A stretch of 47,533 nt of DNA from Porticoccaceae bacterium (GCA_028822945.1 JAPKCN010000001.1:1-47533); one strand, 5' to 3'. Positions 1-10,211 are shown, numbered from the stretch's first letter. Notes: generated by a model from the sequence alone, not told the origin. Made by a program: numbers and translations.

Positions 1-54
1 GAGTTGGTCGATCGGCCAGTGGTTGAGAGTGTCGACGAAGCACTCGAAGGTTAG
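1..54 (+). CDS. rplQ: 50S ribosomal protein L17, C-terminal fragment (5' truncated by the window)
   Basis: Frame 1 reads ELVDRPVVESVDEALEG-TAG. ELVDR followed by an acidic tail is the typical L17 C-terminus. Only 17 residues are visible. Confidence 0.75.
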   Translation, partial: ELVDRPVVESVDEALEG

Positions 55-103
55 CTTTATACTCAAATTTAGATTTCTAAGAAAGCGGATGTTTTTTTTG
101 TAA

Positions 104-124
104 AGCCAGCTCAAGGTGCTGGCT
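104..124. terminator. Possible terminator hairpin after rplQ
   Basis: AGCCAGC-tcaaggt-GCTGGCT, a 7-bp stem 50 nt after the stop codon. There is no clean U-tract 3' of it on the + strand. Confidence 0.4.
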
Positions 125-628
125 GTAGTGGCTAAGTATTCATTAGAGAGTCCCTAGGAAGCAATTCGACTACACGATTGTCTACCTGTCGATTGATTAT
201 TGGTGCCTGATACAGACCTTTTTCAAATATTTGCTCGAAGTCTATTGTAAAATATTTATCAGTGGTCCGTTAGCGGGTTAATTCGATAAGATCCTCGGTT
301 GTTTAAATATTTTAAATATACTCAGATTGTTATCTACAGATTGTAACCACGTACTCACTTTTGTCAGACCCTTGGTAATTAATCGTCTTAAATCAAGCTT
401 CACGGCATAACACCGGTTATTTTCTGATACCGTCGTGAAAGATTGCTTATACTGAATTCTCAGCCTATCGCTACGAGTAGATAACTAATTACGAAGTAAT
501 TATTCAAAATACCGGATTAATGTGAACTGTAAATTGATTTTGACGGATCTTCCTTTCGGTGGGCTAATGCGTGAAAACTAACAAACTTGTAGTTGCACGG
601 CTTGGCGGGTGCCGCTCACCCTCTGCTG

Positions 629-1441
629 TTAATCACTGTCGAGGTGAGTATAGCTGCGATCTTTGAGATTCATTAACCGCAGTCGGCCTCCCCAGGCATA
701 GCCGGTGTCGAGGGGAAAGTGGTGAGTGCCACCGTACTCGCCTTCGAGCGCCGCCCAGTGACCAAAGACGATGGCTCGTTGGTGGGTTTTGCGGTCTGGG
801 TGGACAAACCAACCAGCGCAACCGGTAGCTGGGTCGAGCGCGTGACTCTGCGCAGCCTTTACGTCGAACTCTAATACCCCAGTGCTGGAGCAGCGTCGCA
901 TCCGTGTTAAGTAATTAGTGATACAGCGCCAGCGCTCGACGCCGCTTAGTTGCTCGGACCAACAAGCCGGTTGGTTGCCATACATGGCGTCAAAGTACTC
1001 GGCCGCGCGCGGCGAGCGCAGTACCGAAGACACCTCGGCGGCAAGAGCGTGCGCTTGCTTTAGCGACCACTGAGGCGGCAATCCGGCATGCACTAGGGTA
1101 TAGTCGCCAATATCTAATAACAGCGGCTGTTGTTGCAGCCAATCGAGCAGAACGTCGCGATCGGGTGCAGCGAGCACCGCATCTAAAGTGTCATAGCGGG
1201 TTGGCTTGCGCACCCCATGTGCTATCGCCAACAGGTGAAGGTCGTGATTGCCGAGCACGCACATGAAGCGCTCGCCGAGCCCGCGGCAAAACCGCAATGT
1301 ATCGAGCGATTCGGGGCCGCGGTTGACCAAGTCGCCGGTTGCGATCAGCCGGTCTTGCGCCGAATCAAAGTCCACTGCTGCGAGGATCTTTTGTAACCCT
1401 GTATAGCAACCCTGAATATCGCCGATCGCATAGTCGGTCAT
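629..1441 (-). CDS. apaH: Bis(5'-nucleosyl)-tetraphosphatase, symmetrical
   Basis: Metallophosphoesterase motifs GDIQGC, GDLVNRGP, LGNHDLH, HAG and FGHWAAL; directly follows apaG. Confidence 0.96.
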   Translation of the reverse strand: MTDYAIGDIQGCYTGLQKILAAVDFDSAQDRLIATGDLVNRGPESLDTLRFCRGLGERFMCVLGNHDLHLLAIAHGVRKPTRYDTLDAVLAAPDRDVLLDWLQQQPLLLDIGDYTLVHAGLPPQWSLKQAHALAAEVSSVLRSPRAAEYFDAMYGNQPACWSEQLSGVERWRCITNYLTRMRRCSSTGVLEFDVKAAQSHALDPATGCAGWFVHPDRKTHQRAIVFGHWAALEGEYGGTHHFPLDTGYAWGGRLRLMNLKDRSYTHLDSD

Positions 1442-1834
1442 CTAGTGAACTAAACTCGGCACGCACAGCAAAAATGGCGCAATGCCGGCGGCAAACAATC
1501 GACCGCCTTGCTCCTCCATATGGTAGCGACCCTGCATAGTGCCGACCGGCGTATCCAGCACCACGGCGCTGGTGTAGACAAAAGTGTCACCAGGTTCGAT
1601 GGTCGGTTGCTTGCCGACTACGCCGTCGCCTTCGACTTCTCGACGCATTTGGTTGCCATCGACGATCACCCAGTGGCGACTACGCAGTGTCGCGGCGCGT
1701 CTACCGCGGTTGTGGATGCTGACGTGGTAGGCAAAGGCGTACTGACTACTTTCGGGCGCAGATTGCTGAGGTAGGTACTGTGTTTCAATTTCGACTTCGA
1801 CCGCTTCAGATATGTCGGCTGCGTTGCTAGTCAT
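1442..1834 (-). CDS. apaG: ApaG protein
   Basis: YAFAY, LRSRHW, GDGVVGKQP and GTMQG motifs. Start trimmed from 1927 to the ATG at 1834, which overlaps the end of rsmA. Confidence 0.93.
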   Translation of the reverse strand: MTSNAADISEAVEVEIETQYLPQQSAPESSQYAFAYHVSIHNRGRRAATLRSRHWVIVDGNQMRREVEGDGVVGKQPTIEPGDTFVYTSAVVLDTPVGTMQGRYHMEEQGGRLFAAGIAPFLLCVPSLVH

Positions 1835-2678
1835 TGATGCTGGACTCCGATAATGGCAGCGCTTGGACGTCGCTGGGTGTGTTTGGCAGTGCCTCTCCAG
1901 AGCCCAGTAGGTTGCTGAGCGCGACAAAGTCGGCTACCGATAATTGCTCGGGGCGCCGCGCCAGATCGATTTTTTGGCCTAGGCCGGCGAGATCGGGTGC
2001 CAGTGGCCGCAGGCAGTTGCGTAAGGTTTTACGACGATGCTGGAAACATTCGGCGACCACTTTGGCTAGGCGAACCTCGCAGTCCGCTAGCACCGGTGCG
2101 GTAGTGTGCGGGACCAGCCGCACAAACGCAGATTGTACCCGAGGAGCGGGACGAAATGCACTCGGTGGAACCGGAATTAGAGGCAGCACGCGACAATGGT
2201 ATTGCACCATAACCGACAAGCGACCATAACTTTTACTTCCCGCTGCTGCGCTCAGGCGGTCAACCACCTCGCGCTGCAGCATAAAGTGCATATCACCAAT
2301 GAGATGGCGTTGACGTAGTAAGTTAAATAATAGTGGCGTAGAGATATTGTAGGGTAGGTTACCGACGAGGCGCAGAGGCTTATTGCGGTAGAACTGTTTA
2401 AAGTCAGTTTTTAGCGCGTCACCGCTGTGCACTACAAATTCGCTGCAGTGGGCAAAGCGCACCCGCAGTTTTGCAATTAGATCGCGGTCTAACTCGAGCG
2501 CCTGTAAGCTAGGGCACTGTGCAAGTAAATGTTTAGTGAGTGCGGCGGTGCCAGGGCCGATTTCTATTAGGTGATCGTCGGCGCGGGCGCCGATTGCAGC
2601 AATAATTTGACTAATAATAGTTTCATCGACAAGAAAATTCTGGCCAAATCGCTTGCGCGCTTTATGGTGCATACTCAT
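1827..2678 (-). CDS. rsmA: 16S rRNA m6,2A dimethyltransferase KsgA
   Basis: [23 protein letters not shown] and MLQREV motifs; pdxA-rsmA-apaG synteny. Confidence 0.97.
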   Translation of the reverse strand: MSMHHKARKRFGQNFLVDETIISQIIAAIGARADDHLIEIGPGTAALTKHLLAQCPSLQALELDRDLIAKLRVRFAHCSEFVVHSGDALKTDFKQFYRNKPLRLVGNLPYNISTPLLFNLLRQRHLIGDMHFMLQREVVDRLSAAAGSKSYGRLSVMVQYHCRVLPLIPVPPSAFRPAPRVQSAFVRLVPHTTAPVLADCEVRLAKVVAECFQHRRKTLRNCLRPLAPDLAGLGQKIDLARRPEQLSVADFVALSNLLGSGEALPNTPSDVQALPLSESSIND

Positions 2679-3676
2679 GGTTGGATCGCTGTTTTGGTTG
2701 GGCTGATAGCTGCGGCCATATGCGCTGCTACGTTTAGGGCCACCTCCAGACTACCGCCGTCAGCCCGTCCGCTAGCCGCCAGATCGAGCGCCGTGCCGTG
2801 ATCCACGGAGGTGCGCACGATGGGTAGGCCGAGGGTAATATTAGCGGCGCGGCCAAAACCCTGATACTTGAGTACCGGCAAGCCTTGATCGTGATACATC
2901 GCCAACACTGCATCGGCATCGCGCAGATACTTTGGGGTAAATAGGGTGTCGGCCGGCAGTGGTCCGAGTAGGTCGTGGCCGCGTTGGCGCATCTGCTCGA
3001 TCACCGGCGCGATAATGTCGATTTCCTCGCGCCCTAGATGGCCCGCTTCGCCGGCGTGGGGATTCAGTCCACAGACCAATAAGCGCGGTTCGGTGATTCC
3101 AAAGCGCTGCGTAAGCTCACGGTAGATAACGTCTATCACCTCTGTTAACAGCTCTTTAGTTATGGTTGCTGCCACATCGCGCAACGGCAAGTGTGTGGTT
3201 GCTAGTGCAACCCGTAAATCGGCGCTGGCGAGCATCATTACGACGCGCTTGGTGGCGGTTTTGGCAGCTAAGTATTCGGTGTGACCTGTAAACGCTATGC
3301 CGGCCGCGTTAATTACTGATTTTTGTACCGGTCCCGTGACCATAGCAGCAGACTGCCCAGTATTGCAGGCGTCGAGTGCGGCATCGAGGCAGTCGAGCAC
3401 ATATTGGGCATTCGCGGGGTCTAATTCGCCCGGGATTTCGGCGCGTGCCAAGGATACCGGCACCACTGCTAGTTCGCCCGGGAGCAAAGGCTGCGAGGGG
3501 ATACAAGGTTCGCGCAGCCGCAGGGGCAGACCTAATAAAGCCGCGCGGCGGCGCAACATATCGGCATCCGCATAGGCGGTTAGCTCGTACTTAGAACCAC
3601 TCTGGACACTCTGGATCAGCAAGTCTGGGCCGATTCCGGCAGGTTCTCCCGGGGTTAGCGCGAGGCGGAGGGTCAT
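2675..3676 (-). CDS. pdxA: 4-hydroxythreonine-4-phosphate dehydrogenase
   Basis: [29 protein letters not shown] and RTSVDHGTA motifs; ATGA overlaps with both neighbours. Confidence 0.97.
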   Translation of the reverse strand: MTLRLALTPGEPAGIGPDLLIQSVQSGSKYELTAYADADMLRRRAALLGLPLRLREPCIPSQPLLPGELAVVPVSLARAEIPGELDPANAQYVLDCLDAALDACNTGQSAAMVTGPVQKSVINAAGIAFTGHTEYLAAKTATKRVVMMLASADLRVALATTHLPLRDVAATITKELLTEVIDVIYRELTQRFGITEPRLLVCGLNPHAGEAGHLGREEIDIIAPVIEQMRQRGHDLLGPLPADTLFTPKYLRDADAVLAMYHDQGLPVLKYQGFGRAANITLGLPIVRTSVDHGTALDLAASGRADGGSLEVALNVAAHMAAAISPTKTAIQP

Positions 3677-4974
3677 GAGGCATTATCAGATTTAATCTCG
3701 ATAAAGGCCTCGTCGCGGATTTCTTGCAGCCAGACTTGCAGTTCCTCTTCATACTTGCGTTGGCGGAGCAGGTTTTGTGCTCGGTTGCGCATAATATCGT
3801 CGCTGAAATCCTGCTGTCGGCGCTCAGTCACCTGCATAATATGCCAACCAAATTGTGAGCGAAAAGGTCGGCTGATTTCGTCAATAGCGATGGTGTTCAT
3901 GGTTTGCTCGAACTCGGGAACAAACATGCCAGGTGTAGACCAGCCGAGCTCACCGCCGTTGAGCGCCGAGCCCGCGTCTTCCGAATACTCTTTGGCGAGT
4001 ATTGCAAAATTCTCACCATTGGCGACTTTCTGGCGTAGTTCTTCAAGTTGATTTACGGTGCTTTCATCGTTGCGAATTTGATTCGGTGCGATCAGTATAT
4101 GTCTTGCAAAGTGTTGCTCGATCAATTGCTCATCGCCACCGCGGCGCTCATAGAGCTTCAATAGGTGATAACCGGCGCCGCTACGAATCGGCGCGGAGAT
4201 TGCACCAATCTCGAGATCTTCCACCGCCTCGATAAAAACACCGGGTAACTGCGCCAGTTTGCGCCAACCGAGATCGCCGCCCTCTAGGGCAGTTTGATCG
4301 GCAGAGTAAGACATAGCGAGTTGTTTAAAGTCGCCAGTCTGCGCTTGATCGAGTAATTCTCGCGCCCGCGCGGCGATCGCCTCCACCTGTTCGCTGCCCG
4401 CGCCAGTCGGCACCGACAATAAAATTTGGCCAAGATTGACATCCGGCGAGGTCAGAAAACGTCCCTCCTCAGATTCTAAGAAATTATCCAGTTCCTGCGG
4501 GCTAATGCGAATTCTGCGCATCACCTGACCCTGCTGCACGCGCATCAAGATCATTTCATGCCGAACTTGCTCGCGCATTGCGCTAACAATCGAACCCTGC
4601 TGCTGTACCGCCGTCAAATAGTCAGTCAGACTAAGTCCCGCATTGCCGGCAATGCGTTCGAGTGCCTCGTTGAGTTCGGCATCGGTAATCCGCACACCGG
4701 CGTTGTAGCCCATGTTTAACTGCAAGCGCTCAGAGATCAGTCGCTCGAGCACTTGAGGTCCCAGTACTTCGGGGGGTGGTGCCTGAGTTTCGGACTGCTG
4801 TATCTGCGCATAAACTGCGGCAATACGCTGATCTAACTCGCTTTGCAGTACGATGTCGTCGTCCACTATAGCAATGACTCTGTCGAGTATTTGGATTTCT
4901 GCGAGGCTCTGCGTTGCAGTTGTCATCGAGCAACAGACGATCAGCGCTGCACTAAAAATTTTCCACTGTTTCAT
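3673..4974 (-). CDS. surA: Periplasmic chaperone/PPIase SurA
   Basis: Signal peptide [13 protein letters not shown]...SLA, then LDRVIAIV and two parvulin domains (GGDLGW, GGELGW, SQFGWH). Start trimmed from 5220 to the ATG at 4974. Confidence 0.95.
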   Translation of the reverse strand: MKQWKIFSAALIVCCSMTTATQSLAEIQILDRVIAIVDDDIVLQSELDQRIAAVYAQIQQSETQAPPPEVLGPQVLERLISERLQLNMGYNAGVRITDAELNEALERIAGNAGLSLTDYLTAVQQQGSIVSAMREQVRHEMILMRVQQGQVMRRIRISPQELDNFLESEEGRFLTSPDVNLGQILLSVPTGAGSEQVEAIAARARELLDQAQTGDFKQLAMSYSADQTALEGGDLGWRKLAQLPGVFIEAVEDLEIGAISAPIRSGAGYHLLKLYERRGGDEQLIEQHFARHILIAPNQIRNDESTVNQLEELRQKVANGENFAILAKEYSEDAGSALNGGELGWSTPGMFVPEFEQTMNTIAIDEISRPFRSQFGWHIMQVTERRQQDFSDDIMRNRAQNLLRQRKYEEELQVWLQEIRDEAFIEIKSDNAS

Positions 4975-7549
4975 AACCGTATATACCTTCCTGAAGGATG
5001 GAGTCGATGCGTCCGCCGCTGCCAGCCAGACCCTTAAATTGGAATTGGAACAAAATACTGTTGCGCGCTTGGAGGTCTTGCTCGGGGTACAAAACGTCGT
5101 CGTCTCGGCGCACCGCACGCCGCACAACCAAGCTCGCTCGCCAACAACAGCTGTTGTACTCGAAACCGCTGAAGATTTCCAGTGTTCTGCTGTTGGTAAA
5201 ATCGTGGTTCCAGCGGCCAACCCAGTTAAAATTGCCCGACAGCGGCATAAATCCGGAGATGTCGGCTTGCTCTATATCCTGGTCGACGCGCTGGTTAGCA
5301 TAGGCTCGCGGCGCTCGACTGGTGTAGCGATAGGTGAAGTTAAACATGCGTTGGTCGCGGTCTTTATAGCGCACGCCAAAGCTACTTTTCTCAAGATCGC
5401 TATCGTGATTATTGTAAATAACCTCGCCGTTCAAGCGCCAGTCGTGAGCGATGCGCGCCGACAGGTCGATCGCCAGTGGCGATTGATTGCGCCGCAATTC
5501 CCGTAATTCTTTGATCGTCGGCGAGGTGTTCAATGTTACGCGCCGGTCGTCGAGATAAATAGCCTGAGCAACACTTGCCTTAAAACGCTCTTCACCGGTC
5601 CGGTTATCGATAAATCTCGAGGTCAGGGCCAATGTCACGCGATGGGCGTCGCCCACGCGATCGCCGCCATTAAATCGGTTGTTGCGAAATAACAAATTGT
5701 ATGACGGAGTGTATTCTCGGGTGTCAAAGTCGGGCAGTGACGACTGTGCTTTGTAGTTGCTCTTAACATAGTAAATACGCGGCTCTAAGGTCTGCGTTAG
5801 ATCGCCAAATGGACTGCCGCTGCGTTCCAGAAAGAGGCCGCTATCGAGTGACATGACCGGCGTCGATAACGCTGGGCTCTGCCCACCCAATGAGTTATTT
5901 TGCAGCTCATAGCCGAGGTGAACCAGGCTGACCTCGGGCTTGATATAGCCCCAGGTCACGCGTTTATCCCAGGCTATGGCATAGCTCAGATTGTAGCGGC
6001 GACCGCTGACGCGGTTACTGTCATGGTGCTCAAAGCGAGTTATCGCCTGATTCACATCGACAATTAGGTGATTGTCAAAGCGATAGTAACCATCCACTGA
6101 CACACGCGGTAAGACTGCGTACTGGTCGTTGATGTCATCGCTGATGACTTGGTAGTCTTCGCTGGAAATGGCGTAGGTCCAATGCCCGCGCTTGTAACTA
6201 AAGTCACTGCTGCGCTGCAAGTGGGTTAGGCTAGTTTCGGCACTCGAGCGATTACCCAGATCACCGAAATAGTCGCTATCACTCACCTGTTTAAAGTTGA
6301 TCGACGACGACCACGGACGGCGCATGCCACCGCGGTGGTTAAACGCCAGTAGATATCGGTCTTCACCACGATACTGTGGGCTGCCCGCACGAAGTCTGGG
6401 GTCACCATCGTTGCCGCCGCGATCACTACCCAGCCAGCTGGCCTGAACCGCGCTCTTCGACCATTGTGATAGGTGGCGGAATTCACCGCCGAGAGCTATG
6501 CCGCGCTCGCTCAAGTAGCGCGGTGCGAAGGTGGCATCATAATTTTCAGCGATGTTCCAATAGATCGGTTGTAAAAAATCAATACCGTTTTCGCGGTTTG
6601 CGCCAAGCGTCGGAAAGAGCAGTCCCGAAGAACGGCGGTCGTCGATTGGAAAAGTGAGCCACGGGAAATAAAAGATCGGCACCTGACTGACCTCGAGGCG
6701 CGCACTCTTGACTGTGGCAAAGCCTTCTTGTTGGTCGATGGCGATCTCCCGTGTCACCAGTTGCCAAGTATTATCATCGGGCTCGCAGGTCGAATAGGTC
6801 GCTTCGTCGATCACGATCAGACCATCGCGATTGCGCGTCAAGCGTTTGGCGGTACCGCGAACCGACGACTGGTGCAGTAAATAGGTGGCATCTTCGATTT
6901 GTACCTCGCGGTTGGAGGTGTCTATCTGGGCTCGGGATCCCAGCAATAGCATACCTGGTTCGCGGAACTGCACGTCGCCCTCAAGCGCGACTTTGCGGCT
7001 CGACTGGTCGATCGATGCACGGTCACTGCGCACCTGTCGATAGCCCTGCGAGACCTGAACATCGCCTTCGAGGACCGCCCGATTGTTATCGATCGCCTCG
7101 GTCTTGGTGGCGCTGAAGCGCAGTGGGGCGAGCTCTGGGTCTAGTTCGGAGTCTGTGTACAAACGCTGCGGTTCGAGGTATGCGCCACAGCAGTTGGCGT
7201 CGACATCGACGCGTTGTTGAGCGCTCATATCGACCGCCTCAACCCAGTCGAGGTTGTCGCTGCGGGTTACCGTTATAGCGTCTGGATCGTTAGTATCGCG
7301 GTGTTTGGCGGTGGGCGGTTGGTAGGCGTTTTCCGACGTTGGTCGCTGGGTGCCGCAGAGCCATTCGCCGTCGCCGCCGGCTTGGCAGTTCCAAGCGTGG
7401 TCGCCAGTTTCGTCGGCTGCACTCGGCGGGCTGACAGCAATTAGCGCCACCGCGATGGTCGCCAATCTAAGGCGCGCTGCGGTAGCCAAATTGCCATGCA
7501 ACTTTGAGCCGCTGAACTGTCTGTACAGTGAAGTCAAAACCCTTGCCAA
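4952..7549 (-). CDS. lptD: LPS-assembly outer-membrane protein LptD
   Basis: N-terminal WNC..WLC and CCGAYLEP, YSTCEP, RRSSGLLFP, YWNIAENYD, and C-terminal YNSCCW; heads the lptD-surA-pdxA operon. The exact TTG start is uncertain. Confidence 0.95.
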   Translation of the reverse strand: MARVLTSLYRQFSGSKLHGNLATAARLRLATIAVALIAVSPPSAADETGDHAWNCQAGGDGEWLCGTQRPTSENAYQPPTAKHRDTNDPDAITVTRSDNLDWVEAVDMSAQQRVDVDANCCGAYLEPQRLYTDSELDPELAPLRFSATKTEAIDNNRAVLEGDVQVSQGYRQVRSDRASIDQSSRKVALEGDVQFREPGMLLLGSRAQIDTSNREVQIEDATYLLHQSSVRGTAKRLTRNRDGLIVIDEATYSTCEPDDNTWQLVTREIAIDQQEGFATVKSARLEVSQVPIFYFPWLTFPIDDRRSSGLLFPTLGANRENGIDFLQPIYWNIAENYDATFAPRYLSERGIALGGEFRHLSQWSKSAVQASWLGSDRGGNDGDPRLRAGSPQYRGEDRYLLAFNHRGGMRRPWSSSINFKQVSDSDYFGDLGNRSSAETSLTHLQRSSDFSYKRGHWTYAISSEDYQVISDDINDQYAVLPRVSVDGYYRFDNHLIVDVNQAITRFEHHDSNRVSGRRYNLSYAIAWDKRVTWGYIKPEVSLVHLGYELQNNSLGGQSPALSTPVMSLDSGLFLERSGSPFGDLTQTLEPRIYYVKSNYKAQSSLPDFDTREYTPSYNLLFRNNRFNGGDRVGDAHRVTLALTSRFIDNRTGEERFKASVAQAIYLDDRRVTLNTSPTIKELRELRRNQSPLAIDLSARIAHDWRLNGEVIYNNHDSDLEKSSFGVRYKDRDQRMFNFTYRYTSRAPRAYANQRVDQDIEQADISGFMPLSGNFNWVGRWNHDFTNSRTLEIFSGFEYNSCCWRASLVVRRAVRRDDDVLYPEQDLQARNSILFQFQFKGLAGSGGRIDSILQEGIYGYETVENF

Positions 7550-7666
7550 ATTGTCGATCAGAACGCCTCCCAGTTTACCCGATATGCGACAAGATTAGGG
7601 ATGTCAATTGTACCAAATACGCTAGAATGTCGAGATTGTAGGCAAATTAACAAAACCCCCTAAGAC

Positions 7667-8761
7667 TTGGATAGTGCAGCCGTGAACGAGCGACCACAAA
7701 GCGATTTTGAAAACTGGATTGAGCGGCAACTGCCGCCGACACATCGACTGCAGTGTAATCTTCACCTTGCACCGCTGGCCGGTGATGCCGGGTTTCGCCG
7801 CTACTATCGCAGCAACAGCCAACCGCCGTTGATTGCAGTCAATGCACCGCCGGCGCATGAGAATAATCTGGCCTTTGTGCGGGTTGCTGCCAGTCTCTCT
7901 AACGGTGGTATACGCGTCCCAAAAATTCACGCGGTCAACTTTTCCAAAGGCTTTTTATTACTGGAAGATTTTGGTGATCATTTGCTACAGTCAGTGCTCG
8001 ATTTAGACAGCTTGGTAGCGAATTACGATCGGGCTGAATCGATTCTGCTGGAAATCCAGCAAATCGCGACCGATTCGCGGCTTTATGTGCCGTACGACGC
8101 CGATATGCTCGGCGCTGAATTGAGGTTATTCGAACAGTGGTTTGTCAATCAACTACTCGGTATCGAGTTATCTACGAGCGACCGCCAACTGCTCGAGAGT
8201 ATCTTTGCCGACTTGATTTCAAGTGCCGAGGAGCAGCCGCACGTATTGGTGCACCGCGACTATCACTCGCGCAACATTATGCTCCTAAACGACGGTACTC
8301 TGGGGATTATTGATTTTCAAGACGCCGTGTCTGGGCCGATCACCTACGACCTCGTGTCGTTGTTAAAGGATTGTTACGTCCGCTGGCCCGCGGCGTTGAT
8401 GGCGCAGCGCGCTCTAAATTATAAAATGCGCGCCGAAGCACTCGGTTTGATTGCGGCGATTGACGACCGTGATTTTCTCCGCTGGTTCGATTGGATGGGC
8501 CTGCAGCGCCATATTAAAGTGCTGGGCGTGTTTGCGCGCCTCGCCTTGCGCGATGGCAAGCGTGGATACTTGCAAGATTTACCGCGTGTCATCGAGTACT
8601 GTCTCGAGACCGCATCCAACTATCCGCAGTTGCAGCCTTTTGGTGATTGGTTTCGGCGCACTATAGAGCCGTTGTTGGCGACGCAACCTTGGTATGCGGC
8701 TTATTTTGCCGCATTAGAGTCGCGGCCTGGCGACTGCGCGACGCAGCGTAAAGACGGTTGA
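7667..8761 (+). CDS. amgK: MurNAc/GlcNAc anomeric kinase (APH-like phosphotransferase)
   Basis: GDAGFRRYYR, HRDYHSRNIM, IIDFQDA and GLQRHIKVLG motifs; divergent from lptD and upstream of murU. Start is TTG 7667 or GTG 7682. Confidence 0.9.
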   Translation: MDSAAVNERPQSDFENWIERQLPPTHRLQCNLHLAPLAGDAGFRRYYRSNSQPPLIAVNAPPAHENNLAFVRVAASLSNGGIRVPKIHAVNFSKGFLLLEDFGDHLLQSVLDLDSLVANYDRAESILLEIQQIATDSRLYVPYDADMLGAELRLFEQWFVNQLLGIELSTSDRQLLESIFADLISSAEEQPHVLVHRDYHSRNIMLLNDGTLGIIDFQDAVSGPITYDLVSLLKDCYVRWPAALMAQRALNYKMRAEALGLIAAIDDRDFLRWFDWMGLQRHIKVLGVFARLALRDGKRGYLQDLPRVIEYCLETASNYPQLQPFGDWFRRTIEPLLATQPWYAAYFAALESRPGDCATQRKDG

Positions 8762-8765
8762 CGCT

Positions 8766-9446
8766 ATGCGCGCTATGATCCTCGCTGCCGGACTCGGCAC
8801 ACGCATGCGACCGTTGACCAAGAGGGTACCCAAACCGATGTTGCCGGTTGCTGGTAAGCCCTTGTTGCAGCACCATATTGAGCGCCTGGCGGCGATTGGT
8901 ATCTGTGATTTGGTAATCAATACCCACTGGTTGGCGGATCAGATCGAGGATTATTTTGGCGACGGCCGAGCATTTGGTGTGCACATCAATTGGTCGCGTG
9001 AATCGCAGCTACTCGAGACAGGGGGCGGTATCTATGCCGCACTGCCGATGCTTGGAGTCGATCCATTCATGTTGGTGAACGGCGACGTCTGGAGTGATTA
9101 TCCGCTGGAGCAATTGGGCTTGCGAGGTTTAGCTGACGGCGTCGATGCCCATCTTGTGCTGATCGAAAATCCTACACACAACCCGAGTGGCGATTTTTGT
9201 TTGGATACGCAAGATTTGCTTGCACCGCCAGTAGCTTTGCCAACTGCGACATTTACCGGGCTCAGTCTGATGCGAGCTAAATTATTTGCCGGTGTTGATG
9301 CCTCTGAGCGCACCTTTACCCTGCGCCAGGTACTCAATTCTGCGATCGCAAGGCGGCGCGTTAGCGGCGAACTCTATCCCGGCAGTTGGTGTGACGTTGG
9401 TACGCTAGAACGCTACAGACAGTTAGAATTCACTATAGAGCGTTAA
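8766..9446 (+). CDS. murU: MurNAc-alpha-1-phosphate uridylyltransferase
   Basis: MILAAGLGTRMRPLT, LETGGGI, VNGDVW and WCDVGT motifs; paired with amgK. Confidence 0.92.
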   Translation: MRAMILAAGLGTRMRPLTKRVPKPMLPVAGKPLLQHHIERLAAIGICDLVINTHWLADQIEDYFGDGRAFGVHINWSRESQLLETGGGIYAALPMLGVDPFMLVNGDVWSDYPLEQLGLRGLADGVDAHLVLIENPTHNPSGDFCLDTQDLLAPPVALPTATFTGLSLMRAKLFAGVDASERTFTLRQVLNSAIARRRVSGELYPGSWCDVGTLERYRQLEFTIER

Positions 9447-9515
9447 AATACCTGCTGGGGATTGCATTGTTACTCTAAAGCGACCACCATATCCTATTAT
9501 ACGGGAAGCAAAACG

Positions 9516-9962
9516 ATGATATCGCGACAACACTACAAGGTTCTCTTTTGGTTGGCATTAACCGCCATCGTCCTGTTGTCGTTGTTACCACTGACCCGCG
9601 ATACTCAATTTAGCGCCCAGGATAAACTTCAGCATGGCCTAGCTTATGCTGCTCTTTACTTTTTGGCGGCCCGCGCCTATGTGCCGCGCTACCCACTTTG
9701 GGTGCTTGGGGTGATTTTTGTGATGTTTGGAATCGCTATCGAGTTCGCACAGTCACTCACGGGTCACCGACAAACGGATATCTGGGATATGTTGGCAAAT
9801 ACCAGTGGCATGTTGGTGGTCGGGGCGCTGCTGAGTCTGCCAAAAATGCGTGGATACATGACTTCCGACGAGGGTACCGATACGGCGCTCGAAAATAGCC
9901 TAAACAGCTCGTCAACAAGAGCGGGTGTAGTCGTTGCCGCCGATTCCGTCGAGAATGATTAA
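9516..9962 (+). CDS. VanZ-family small membrane protein
   Basis: About four hydrophobic segments with DKLQHGLAY, IEFAQ and DMLAN motifs. Start trimmed to the ATG at 9516. Confidence 0.75.
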   Translation: MISRQHYKVLFWLALTAIVLLSLLPLTRDTQFSAQDKLQHGLAYAALYFLAARAYVPRYPLWVLGVIFVMFGIAIEFAQSLTGHRQTDIWDMLANTSGMLVVGALLSLPKMRGYMTSDEGTDTALENSLNSSSTRAGVVVAADSVEND

Positions 9963-9965
9963 AAA

Positions 9966-10211
9966 GTGCACGAAGTCTACGCTAGCGGCGATTATCTAGA
10001 GGCGCAAATACTTCTTGGACTGTTGCTTAGCCGCTCCGTCGACGCGGTTTTGCGCGGTGCTGATTTGCAGGGCGGCGTCGGCGATTTAGCACCTAACAAT
10101 ATGTTTAGTTTGCGAGTTGCCAGCGCCGATAAACGGCGTGCGCATGCGCTTTTGGCAGACTATTATGCGGGCGAACTGTCGCTCGAGAGCAACGATATTA
10201 ATCTCGACTAG
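9966..10211 (+). CDS. DUF2007-like small protein
   Basis: 81 aa with a VY...EAQILLGLL...V...GADLQGGVG pattern resembling DUF2007; GTG start 3 nt after the VanZ-like stop. Confidence 0.65.
   Translation: MHEVYASGDYLEAQILLGLLLSRSVDAVLRGADLQGGVGDLAPNNMFSLRVASADKRRAHALLADYYAGELSLESNDINLD

Noticed and set aside
448-459. 12-mer TATACTGAATTC shared with 39217-39228
   Set aside because: Half of it is a -10 hexamer, and one 12-mer match within 47 kb can arise by chance. No good -35 accompanies the copy at 448.
4975-5220. N-terminal extension of surA, and similar extensions of apaG, miaB, gspE, gspM and exeA
   Set aside because: These are longest-ORF artefacts. Most overlap a neighbouring gene, and better starts with an RBS, stop/start overlap or signal peptide exist downstream.
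4853-5506. Long antisense or alternate-frame ORFs (for example 4853-5506 +, 26684-27445 -, 17052-17498 +, 32655-33104 -)
   Set aside because: They lie on top of well-supported genes and show no recognisable motifs; such shadow ORFs are expected at this GC content.
9955-9968. Possible homopolymer frameshift giving the DUF2007-like gene an ATG start (ATG ATT AAA AAG TG)
   Set aside because: The GTG at 9966 already gives a complete-looking domain, so no frameshift is needed.
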